A stretch of DNA of 64,000 nt from Tubulanus polymorphus (lineage: Eukaryota; Animalia; Nemertea). The notes under the pieces are model-generated. The model did not search any database and was not told the origin of the DNA. It saw only the letters and a list, made by a program, of their open reading frames with translations. Each line of letters starts with the position of its first letter. The stretch's first letter is position 1. Position numbers and translations under genes: made by a program. The stretch spans positions 17,942,560-18,006,559 of the forward strand of contig NC_134027.1 in assembly GCF_964204645.1 (NCBI RefSeq). Reading direction: 5' to 3'. Shown piece by piece: positions 13,274 to 24,216 of the stretch.

Positions 13274-16200
13274 CTGAAAAGGCAAGATTATTATTGTTGA
13301 GTGTGTGGCGAAAATTGTCTATATCTGGGGTGGGTTTGACCACAAAATGTCGGTCTTTTGGTGAAATTATATTATGTATTTCGGAATGGCCTTAGGTCGT
13401 TCTTTTCTCATTGTTTCTTTTTAGATGTACGTATTCCGGGACGGGGCTCAGTGTTCTGCGGCGATGTTTCGGGATCTTTTCGGCTCAATTTCAATCTGAC
13501 AGATTTTTGGCAGTTCTGTCAGATTCCAATTTTACGACCACGGCAGGCCCCCGCGGTGTTGGTGTAGCGGAAATTCGTTTCACTTCGTTCTGTTCTTTTT
13601 ATTTTCCAGCTGCAGAGTCCTCCCCAGCTCAGTCTAAAATTCATATTAAATTCCTATTAAAAGTTAGTATGATGTAAAATAAAACCTTATAATGTATTTG
13701 TAACTCTGAGACAAGAATGTTTAATGCTTTGGACTTCGGTCTGGTGGATTAGAAACTATTTTTATTTCTATCTTAATGAAATATTGTATGATTTAATCTA
13801 AATTCAAAAACTGTACCTAAAGACCTTTTCTATGTGTTCGGGTCACTCCCGGTTTGTATTTTTCGAGTTAATGTGCCTAAATCGATGTTCCCGTGCTTAA
13901 ATCGATATTTTTATGCTGTGCTCTGTGCCCGAGATGGCGCCACTATACGGTTCTTAATTATATTGTGTGCTCGGGGTGCTTTGTTTTAACCAATTAGATG
14001 GGGTTACGTCATAATCTGGGCTGTATAAAAGGCAAAAATGTGCTTTATTAATTATTCTCGGTGCACATTCTTAGGTGTGTATTACTAAGATTTTGAACTA
14101 TGGGGGGAGGGATTAATCTAATTTTCTTAGTAAGTCATACTTAACACTGATTCTCTTTAAGTATTTCTTGGTCCTTATTCTCAAAGTTGTTTTTCTTCCA
14201 AGATGTTTTCGGAAAACAATCTTTCAGGGTTCAAGGAGGTTTTCTCCTTCGAATTATTCCCCGAAAGTATTCTTCTTTCCGATTTCCTCTCTTGGTTTTT
14301 CCCTCAACTTTTGAGTTTTCGGAGTAGTGACCATCTCTTACATAAACATAATAGGAAGAATGATTAAATAAATACTTAACTGGAACTATGATTAAATATA
14401 GCGAAAATTCTTATCTTTATTAAGAGCACTTAGAGTTACATCTTCTTTAGCGTAAAACGAGCGCAGGGTTTAAGTAACTATTGTTGAGTCGTAATGTTAG
14501 AATATCTGAAATCTTTATTCCTAATACTATTGAATTCTGGTGCGAGTCGTGCACTTGTATTAAGGGCAATATGCCCTTGTTAATCTCCTCCTTTGGTGGC
14601 CGGTTGGCCATCTTATCTACCTTAAATGTTGTAAATAAGAGATAACCTCGAGGTTGTGTATATATTGTTCATTGTTCGAATATTTCCAAGAAATAATAAA
14701 TAGTATTCAAGAGAATATTATCATATACATAAAATTCTAAATCTTTGCCTTTTTCCCTAAACTATTTTTGTGATGTCGGATTTACTATCAATTGAGGAAA
14801 GGATTTTCTTGTGCATTTTTGGGATTCTGTGACACCATAAAATATTCTTGAAGAATCTTGTGGGTTGGAGAGTTTAGGGCATCATGTAAGTCTTCAAAAA
14901 GGGGAAGCATTGAGGGCACCCTCTAGTGGGAGAGGCCAAATATTGGTGAATGCTCCTCGTTTTATTTAGTTGGTATCTATTATTCTTTTTGAAGCTAAAC
15001 GCCTGATCAGGTCGGCTGTGGAGGCCGGAAATACTTGTAGCGCTGGACGCAGTCCTGTATTTCCTCCTCAGTCGGAGAGAAAGCTAGGGGATTTTTATTT
15101 TATTTGACACATTCATGATTCTTCTATTAATTCTTTTGGTCACAGTTTTTCATACATGCACACGCCTTTTTCATGGGTGATTTGTGAGGACATTCAGTCA
15201 CCCGTGTTACCATTATGACTTATCACTGAGAATTAGGACTCCTTTAAGTATTCTCACTCACCAGAGGAAAACTTGGCCTTATTTTTGCGCGTTAAATCTC
15301 ATGGAGGAAAACAAGAGAATTTTCCCCTTCTAGCTTCTCTACCTCCCAGATGCTAGTGACGTGAGCGAACCCTAGAAGCGACGCCTATATGCAACTTTTT
15401 TCTTAAATGTATAGGATTATAGAGAGAGAGAGAGAGTTACCTGTATTCCCTCTTGGTCGAGGAAATTCCGAGAGTTGAGACCTTAGACTTGACATTATGA
15501 ATTTTAACGGAAACGGAAGTAGATTTTTGTAGTCACTTGCCAGAGCACGCTACCCCGAATCCCGGTATTCCGCTTCATTAGCCACGCCACATCGCGGTGA
15601 TATTAGCGATTTTTTGGCGCCTGTCCAGGCCATTCTTTTATTCTCCACCTACCTATTAGTGTGTGTTCACCTTTTTATATTTTAGACCCAACTTCTTTGA
15701 TTTTGGGCCGTTTTGGGCGTCTCGTCGCCGGAGAATTCTCCAGCCCTGCTCGTGTTTACGCTCGTTTTTACGACGCCGCTCGCTGGCGCCGCCTCACTTC
15801 CGTGTGAGCGTTTTCGCGGTGGTGCGGTTTATTCCGGTTTATTTTTAGTAAATATCTCCGTATCGGTCTTATAGTCGTCATTTTTCGCGTTAATCTTAAA
15901 ATATTATAGAACTTAATTCTATTTCTCGCGTACGAAGTCTTTATTTAGGGTTTTATCATTCGTCACGGTCGAATGATATCGCGTGCTCTTCTTTGTCCGC
16001 GGAGCGTATCAATGCTCGTCACGCTTGACCAATCGCCGCGTGCGTTGACCGCATGAAAACTATAAATTTAGCGCAATCGCACTCATTGGCAACTTGGCTC
16101 TGGCAGAGCCACATTAGAAACTCTTTCTTGCTGCTTCTTCACCGTTTTACGAATCGGACGCTGTAAATCGTACAAATCATGTAAGAAGACAATTTTACTT

Positions 16201-16649
16201 TCTATTTAAGACACGGGCCTCCGGGTCGTCTGACCCCGGGATCGCTGCAGTGGTTTTTGACATCCCGCCCTCAGTGAGTCCCGGGTGCCGACGCACCCGG
16301 GGGCCGTGTAGTCAGTCGTCGGCCATGGGCTGCCGATAAACTCGTCACTTACAATCCTGTAAATATTGTCAATTTATCGTCTGTTTAAATTCAATCCTTT
16401 GACGATGCCATCTTAACACTCTCGTCGCTGTAATTACTAATAGTAATAGTAATAGTAGTAGTATAGTATATCTTCTGTGCTATTTCCGTAATCTTACTCC
16501 GAGATGTCATTTCTGCTGACCATGAAAATCGCCTGTATTCAGTAACTCCTTTTTCGAACGAACACGCGGTCGTTTCATCTCCTTGACGTCGCCTCTGAAT
16601 TTCGACTCTTCGAGTTCGTGTCAACGACATTTTGAATTTGGCGCGCAGT

Positions 16650-16858
16650 CGTTGATTAACGACAACGCTCGTCGTTAACTTTTTGACGCTCCGTCGTATA
16701 ATTCTTATCGTTGATTAACGACAACGCTCGTCGTTAACTATTTGACGCTCCGTCGTATAATTCTTATCGTTGATTAACGACAACGCTCGTCGTTAACGAT
16801 TTGACGCTCCGTCGTATAATTCTTATCGTTGATTGGTGACAACGCTCGTCGTTAACTA
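16650..16858. repeat. 59-bp tandem repeat, ~3.5 copies
   Basis: Units start at 16650, 16709, 16768 and 16827; the units hold a TTAACGAC-N7-GTCGTTAA hairpin (degenerate in the last). Confidence 0.92.
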
Positions 16859-17379
16859 CCTAGCCATATCCGCCGAGTAATCAACACTGCGAGTTTCGTC
16901 CGAGGAAAGCCCCTAAAGCGGATTACTCCGGGGAGAGCGGGTTGGGGGGTCTGTATTGGCCACACAGATTAAGGCTACGTGGAGTAGGGAGGCGACTGTT
17001 TGGAGGAGAGCGTACTGCTTAAGCGCCCTTTTTAGCGACATTTTTCAATAGAGGAACATATTCTACATATTTTATACCATTTATTTTCCTGGGGAAGACA
17101 AGAGTCTCCTTGCCGTATTCACTACCCGAGTGCGGTCGACCCAGGCGGACCCGTGTAGCGAGCGCCCCGGCACAGCAGAGTGACTACGACTACGCTACCT
17201 ATGGACAACAGCAGTCACTACCAGAATTACTATTTTATATGTTTACACTACAACCGCTACAAGTGTAAATTTGGAATGCATCTTCACAATTTCTCACTCA
17301 CAGGTCCTTACATTGACAATTTTCCCCCACTGTTTCATGCGCTGCTACTTGATAAAGTGCCACTTTACATTGTTTTTTG

Positions 17380-18349
17380 GCCGCAGATTCTTGTTCCGAC
17401 AGAAGCTGTTTCCGTTTCATGTATCTATCATTCCTGCTAAGTCCTGCTGGTGAAATTTCTGAATTCCAGGGAAACACTGATGGTACCGCATCTTTCTTCA
17501 GTCGATTTTGCAGAGGTGATGTACCTGTACATAGAATAATTCAATAAATATATTAAACTTCAACTGAGACTAGTCATAATCAATGATTTATGGCAGCGTT
17601 GGCAGTAAAATTTGTCAACACTTCAACTTTTGTTCAATAGATGGCGCTAGTTGTAGCTCAGCTATCAAAATAAGTTAGCTGACTTAAAGCAGTCACACCC
17701 GATAAAAATCCCTAAATTTCAAGACATAGGCTAAACATTGCAATCCAAACCTCAAAAGGCAATCAACACATTAAATATTGATTTAAAAGACGTTTTATCG
17801 ATGACTGTTATAAGTTTTGTACATTATATATCCACTTTCCGGATTTTTAGAACATGAAATTGAAACGTTCGTATTGGAAGTTTTCATGCGAGAGCGGTCT
17901 TCAGTCCACACGTGGCGGGTGACGGTAAACTGATACTTAAATTCACAGGCCTCTTTAGGCCTGAGGAGGCCCTACTTCCAGATTATTGAAGGACTACCCA
18001 CACTTTTTTAACGACCCATCCCAGCCCTTCTGCTGGCTTTTGACGAGACTTGCTCAGGCTAAAAAATCTTCTAAATATCCCATATCAAATTGATTTCATT
18101 CATTGTAACACCATGTATGTAACACCTGTTGTGAGCATTAAGCGTAAACAAACCTGAAGTGGTAATTTCAACGTAGTCTTTGGTTGTAAAATGATTCCGA
18201 CACACTACACTATGCCTCGACGGTTTCCAATGAGCTTCGCCACGTCGAACTGCCTTCACCCAAATGCGTCGCCTACTCTCATCTTTCGGGAAAGCGTGTC
18301 CTCCGAGCTGCCCACACAACGGAACACAGCATTCAGTCGGCATGGCCAA
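17380..18349 (-). pseudogene. THAP domain, two exons; 5' part of the ISL2EU transposase
   Basis: MP..CCVPLC..FP..W..VC.NHF (exon ends at 18154, GT donor); exon 2 from 17524 (AG acceptor) encodes RLKKDAVPSVFPW. Confidence 0.85.
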
Positions 18350-18537
18350 CTTTCATTCAAGAGAAAAGCGGTTCAAAGCGCCCCATTTCAAAGCCGTACG
18401 CTATTGAATTACATCCGGGTTCACGTGGGTTCAACCGAGTCGACAGTAAGCGCCGCTAGCGGCAGGTGCGCGCATAGCCGGTAGCTCATTAACGAGTTGA
18501 AGAGAATATCAATTTTAATAAAAAATTTGATATTAAA

Positions 18538-18831
18538 ATGGAAGCAAATAAGAAGTTCTACTGCCTAACATGTAAAATTAATATAGATAAATCTCAAAAA
18601 GCAAGACATAATAAAACTAAAACACATTTAGAAAATAAATTGAAATTAGAATATAAAGATGATATATTAGAAACTAAATTAGAAGAATTAAAGAATGAAA
18701 AAGAGATATATAAATGTGATACATGTAATCAATCATTCAGTGAAAAAAGATATCATAAAGAACATTTAAAATCTAAAACTCATATTAGAAATATGAATAA
18801 TGAGTTAAATAATATAAAAAGTACCGAGTAA
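18538..18831 (+). CDS. Two-C2H2-zinc-finger protein, paralogue of the copy 1 pPolB N-terminus
   Basis: CLTC..H..H and CDTC..H..H; nearly the same sequence as 24217-24480. Confidence 0.75.
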   Translation: MEANKKFYCLTCKINIDKSQKARHNKTKTHLENKLKLEYKDDILETKLEELKNEKEIYKCDTCNQSFSEKRYHKEHLKSKTHIRNMNNELNNIKSTE

Positions 18832-18878
18832 TTAACGAGTTGAAGAAAATATCAATTTTAATAAAAAATGACTAATAA

Positions 18879-19489
18879 ATGAATGAACAGATACTACAAT
18901 TCAAAGATATCGATTTAAATGAATTAGAAAAATATTTTACAATTAGAAATTTTATTCCTATTAAAGATTTGATTATAACTGAACGTTTTCGCTTTCAAGC
19001 GAAAAATATTACTGAATTAATATCTAAAAATCATTATCTAATAATAGAGTTATCGAATGATAAAGATAAAATCTTATTCAATACAGTAATTCCAAAATTC
19101 ACAACATTTGATGAAATAGATCAACATTTAATAATTACAGATGAAATACGATCACTTTTTAATAATGTGAATTCACATAAATCTTTATTTTTATACTTAC
19201 GTTATTGCCCTTTCAGAGAATATTTTTACTCTTACGTTATTGCCCTTTCAGAGAATGCTTTGTAATGTTTTTCAGAGTAGAAAAAAAAAGATTTACCCCT
19301 GACATTCCAAATGAAAAATCATTCAAATATGTTAGAATTCAATGTAATTTAGACAATAAAATCGAAACACCTAAATATGAACCTAAAGAAAAAGTGTTAT
19401 GTAATTGTGGAAAATATTATACTCGAAGCAATAAATCACACCATCTTAAATCAAAATATCATAACTCAAAAATAATAATTCAACTCTAA
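18879..19489 (+). pseudogene. Polinton-related hypothetical protein with C-terminal Zn finger
   Basis: Frameshifted by a short tandem duplication at ~19196-19257; CNCGK..H..H; TAAATG start. Confidence 0.65.
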
Positions 19490-20344
19490 ATATTCAAAAT
19501 AAGATATTTCAAATTACTTATTAATCTTTTAATTTTTTTCTTAAATAAATGGATGGTTTCAGCATTCCAATTGGAAAAAAGTGATTTGAAACATTATTTA
19601 GTTGCTGGAGGTTTAATATTGGCTGCACTTTATACTTTTAGTATGAAAATATTAGTAAAGACTTGATGAATGAAAATATTAAATTGAGTAAAAAGTTAAA
19701 GAAGTTAAATGGAAACAATCATCGAAATAAAAAAGTTAATGATTTAAAAGAATTAGAGGATTAAGACAGCATCTTTTAATTTAATTTATTTTATATGTTT
19801 TAACTATAAAAATGAGTGAAAGTAAGGTATTAGAAATATTACACCTTATTTATAAAAATCAACAGAATATTAAATCTATTATTATGGTTTCAGGTTTAAG
19901 ATGATATATAAATTTTCAGTTTGATACACCTTTCAGGTCAAAAGGTTTCTAACCCCCAAAATTACGCACTAGAGAGCTGCAACTGTTTTGTTTATATAGG
20001 TTTATGACTACAGGTCACTGTGCTCTCTGTGGTGAGGTGAATAACTCCTCCCAGCTTGTCATTCAAAGATTTGAAAATTTGAAGAATGCACTAAGTAAAT
20101 TGCTAATCTATGCATGAAGGAGGGCTTAAACTAAATTTTAAGCCATAGATATGACTATATTACATGTTTACACATATCCCTGACAAAAAAGAGGGTCCAA
20201 ATCGGTTAACTGACAGAGATATTAGGGAAATTCCAGTTTCAACGCTGGAGCTCTTGACTGCTCCATGGGTTCAGAGATACTGCCACGTCTGACAGATGAT
20301 GGGCCTTTTATACTTGATTTCGGCCTTTAAGATGGTGTGATTTA

Positions 20345-20862
20345 TTGCTTCGAGTATAATATTTTCCACAATTACATAACACTTTTTCTTAAGGTTCATA
20401 TTTAGGTGTTTCGATTTTATTGTCTAAATTACATTGAATTCTAACATCTTTGAATGATTTTTCATTTGGAATGTCAGGGGTAAATCTTTTTTCTTCTACT
20501 CTGAAAAACATTACATAGCATTCTCTGGAAGGGCAATAACATGAGTGTAAAAATAAAGATTTATGTGAATTCTCATTATTAAGAAGTGATCGTATTTCAT
20601 CTGTTATTATTAAATGTTGATCTATTTCATCAAATGTTGTGAATTTTGGAATTATTGTATTGAATAAGATTTTATCTTTGTCATTCGATAACTCTATTAT
20701 TAGATAATGATTTTTAAATATCAATTCAGTAATATTTTTCACTTGAAAACGAAAACGTTCAGTTTTAATCAAATCTTTAATAGGAATACAATTTCTAATT
20801 GTAAAATATTTTTCTAATTCATTTAAATCGATATCTTTGAATTGTAGTATCTGTTCATTCAT
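20345..20862 (-). pseudogene. Inverted second copy of the 18879 gene
   Basis: ORF 20389-20862 is nearly identical and lacks the duplication; premature stop after KYEP. Confidence 0.7.
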
Positions 20863-20910
20863 TTATTAGTCATTTTTTTATTAAAATTGATATTTTCTTC
20901 AACTCGTTAA

Positions 20911-21204
20911 TTACTCGGTACTTTTTATATCATTTAACTCATTATTCATATTTCTAATATGAGTTTTAGATTTTAAATGTTCTTTATGATATTTTTTTTC
21001 ACTGAATGATTGATTACATGTATCACATTTATATATTTCTTTTTCATTCTTTAATTCTTCTAATTTAGTTTCTAATATATCATCTTTATATTCTGATTTC
21101 AATTTATTTTCTAAATGTGTTTTAGTTTTATTATGTCTTGCTTTTTGAGATTTATCTATATTAATTTTACATGTCAGGCAGTAGTACTTCTTATTTGTTT
21201 CCAT
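20911..21204 (-). CDS. Inverted second copy of the two-zinc-finger protein
   Basis: 97 aa, differs from 18538-18831 at about five residues. Confidence 0.75.
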   Translation of the reverse strand: METNKKYYCLTCKINIDKSQKARHNKTKTHLENKLKSEYKDDILETKLEELKNEKEIYKCDTCNQSFSEKKYHKEHLKSKTHIRNMNNELNDIKSTE

Positions 21205-21289
21205 TTTAATTACTAATTTTTTATTAAAATTGATATTTTCTTCAACTCGTTAATTACTCGTTACTTTTATGTTAAAATCAAGAATTTAG

Positions 21290-23878
21290 TAGAGAATAAA
21301 ATGTTTTGTGAGATCACGTGGAGTCACGTGTTACTTATCAGTTGTCAGTTACTCCTTGCCTCCGCCCCTCATGACAACGTGGCGAAGCATTCCTTCGGAG
21401 AAACACGAGTAGGATACTTCGTTATTTTCACTGACTTCAATTCAATATTTTCAGTGACTGCGTTTTACTGAATTCATTTCGTTCACTTATATTTCAATCA
21501 TTCAAGGTTAGTGCTTAAATTTGAAGTCGATTATGCCGATTGACGTACTTATTATGGGTCACTCCTTTGTGCATCGTCTCAGGACTTTCGAGCAGGAGCG
21601 CTTTTCCAATCTAGGCCTAGACCCAGAGGTTAATTTAATTAATTTAGTGGTTAATTGCATTTTTAGGTTTTGGAGGCGCTACAGTTTTACCGTGTGTAAA
21701 ATCTATCCAACGGTGCCTGCCGAGTTTTGGTTCAAAATTTGACGTAGTATTCCTCCACTTAGGCGGAAACGATTTAGCCCGTTCGGACCCAAAAAGCTTG
21801 GCCTTTTCTTTGGTTGCATTGAGCAATTTTCTGTGCAGCACGTACAGCGTGACACACTTATTAATTGGTCAGTCGCTCAGGCGTCTGTCCCTTCCGACAA
21901 ATTTCAATACCAAGCTAATAGTATTCAACGAAACTGTGAAACGTTTAGTGTGTGAATCCTTAAATATAACTTTTTGGCAACACAGAGGTTTTTGGGCTGA
22001 TATCCGGCCATTTCTTCTGAGAGATGACGTACATTTAAATGCAAAAGGCATGAAAAAATAGGCTTTTAGTGTGAAGGCAGCTATTGGCCACGCCACAAAG
22101 AAATACTTCTAATAGCTTGGTTTGAAGCAAGATACATCGTCAATTTGTCATCAAATAAGTTATATGTTTCAATTTGATTATGAATTTTTCTTTTTACATA
22201 TCTGACATGCATTTATGCAATTTTTAGTTTCATGTGTTTTCAGGGGGTGGCATGTAATTTATCTTTACATGTGTTTTCTCGGGGTGGCACCTATACACGT
22301 GTTTTGGGGTTTTTACCTCAACGTACCCCTGTTCTCAGGAGGTGGCATGTAATTTATCTTTACATGTGTTTTGTGGCCCTCGCCGCAACCTACCCCTATT
22401 CTTTTCGGGGGTGGCATGGATTCAATAGATACATACTTAAAATAAATATGTATATTCCATCTTTGTAACGTGTTTTTCTCTCAAAGGACGTTATGTTGCA
22501 AAAACCCTTTGTTTAATAATTCATCGGAATCTTGCGGTTGTTTTTCATACTATTTCCATGATATACGCATTCGGCCAAGATGCTATTCAATTTTCTGCTG
22601 GGTTTTTTTTTTCTATTTGCTAATCTTTTAGATGCCGAGAGCCACGAGAGCTAAGCGTGCAGTCACCAGTAGACAAAAACGCCCTCGTTTGTCTGCGCTT
22701 ACTGTTGAAGCGGTTGCCACCCCCGTCAACGCCAGGGACCAACCAACTAACCAAACCAACAACCAACCAACAACCAAACAACCAACGTTCAACCAGATGC
22801 GAATGCCGTCACGGATATCGTCATTCAAAGACTCATCGATAGTCATCTGCTACCAACACGCGACGCCACACAGAACTGCTTCCCGACACCTGTAGTGAAT
22901 TCTTCCAATCCTGGTGACGTCACACAGAACTTTTTTTCGACACCTGTGGAGAATCCTCCCATTCCTGGTGAGCAACTTATCAGCGAGTTACTTACGTCCT
23001 CGCTTCCTTTGGACTTAGCAGTGTCGGAAAAAAATAAAGTCCGATATTTGGGCAGATAGATATATTGATTTGTCGGCTCTTTTGATCGGTACTAAATCTG
23101 CCGAAGTTGACACACTTCGTGCTACCCTTTCTGAGAAAGCAGATTTAACATTGTGTAAACCTAGACTCAAACAGTTGACATCCATTTACGAATGGAACAA
23201 AACATTCGATATCTTCATGTCTGTCTACGTGCAAAGACATTCCGATGTTCAGGTTTTCCGTCAGCTGTTGAAATATGCTAGCACTATCCGTCAATTTGCT
23301 AATGATTTTGGTTTTCCCGCCGCAAAGAGCTACGATTAGCAATTCCGCCGATTCAGAGCGGTTTCTCCATCTCTGGCGTGGTCTAATGTTCACCATGAAC
23401 TCTGGCTACGGTGTAGTACTTTAAGATCGGTAGATCAAAAGAAGCCCTTTCTTGCGAAGCCCCACCGACAGACAAAGCGTTTTCCGGACGGTTTCTGCTG
23501 GAAGTTCTGCCAGACTGGAACCTGCCAGTATAAGCTCTGTAGAAGAAAGTATGAATGCCCCCATTGCGGTAAAAAACATGCAGCTGACTCATGCACTGCC
23601 CAAAATTATTCCGACACCAATAAAACCGCACAACTTAGATAATTTGCTAATTGGTTTCAAACAGCGGAAGTTTCTGGTTTCTGGTTTTACTAACGGGTTT
23701 CGTTAAGGATCGGCGACTCAAAGACCATATACTTTGGACATCCCAAAGAATCACAAACGTTTTTTAGATTGTCCTTCCATAGCGAAGGAAAACATTTGGC
23801 ATGAATTTGTCCTAGGCCGTATTGCCGGTCCTTTCACCACACCTGTTCATAAAAATTATGTATGTAGCCCAATGGGCA
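21290..23878 (+). mobile_element. Truncated Ngaro/DIRS tyrosine-recombinase retrotransposon
   Basis: SGNH hydrolase (IMGHSFV, HLGGNDL, DDVHLN; 21533-22110); gag-like (EWNKTFDIFMSVY..LLKY..YD.QFR; 22632-23560); RT start (TPIK, GFTNGFR, GRIAGPF, SPMG; 23590-23878). Confidence 0.8.
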
Positions 23879-24216
23879 CACTCCTAATTCAAGTAGAAAT
23901 CATTATTATTTCACATTTGGAAAATTTCTCAACCATTCAACCTTTAACCTAGAACAACTAAACCCCTATTACTCTTAAAATATTCATATGCATGAATAAA
24001 ATATATATGAATAGCATTTGAATTGATTATTCAATATAAAAGTGTAAGCTCTTATAGAATAGATATATAGATATATTTTAAACATTATTTCAATATTCAT
24101 ATTTGTATGAGTTAGATTTTTAAACATTAAAAGTGTTAGTAAAGTGTGATTGAAATAATTCATATATAAATCATTGAACTTCTAAAATCAATTTAAAAAA
24201 AAAATTTAGTATTAAA

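Larger units (their letters stand above)
9114..18487. mobile_element. ISL2EU (PIF/Harbinger-related) transposon with nested insertions, AT TSD
   Basis: Flanks ..GAGTA-AT and AT-TAACGAG rejoin to match the empty site on the minus strand at ~21245-21288; contains SAP, YqaJ, THAP and DDE_Tnp_4-type coding pieces; TIRs are weak. Confidence 0.75.
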
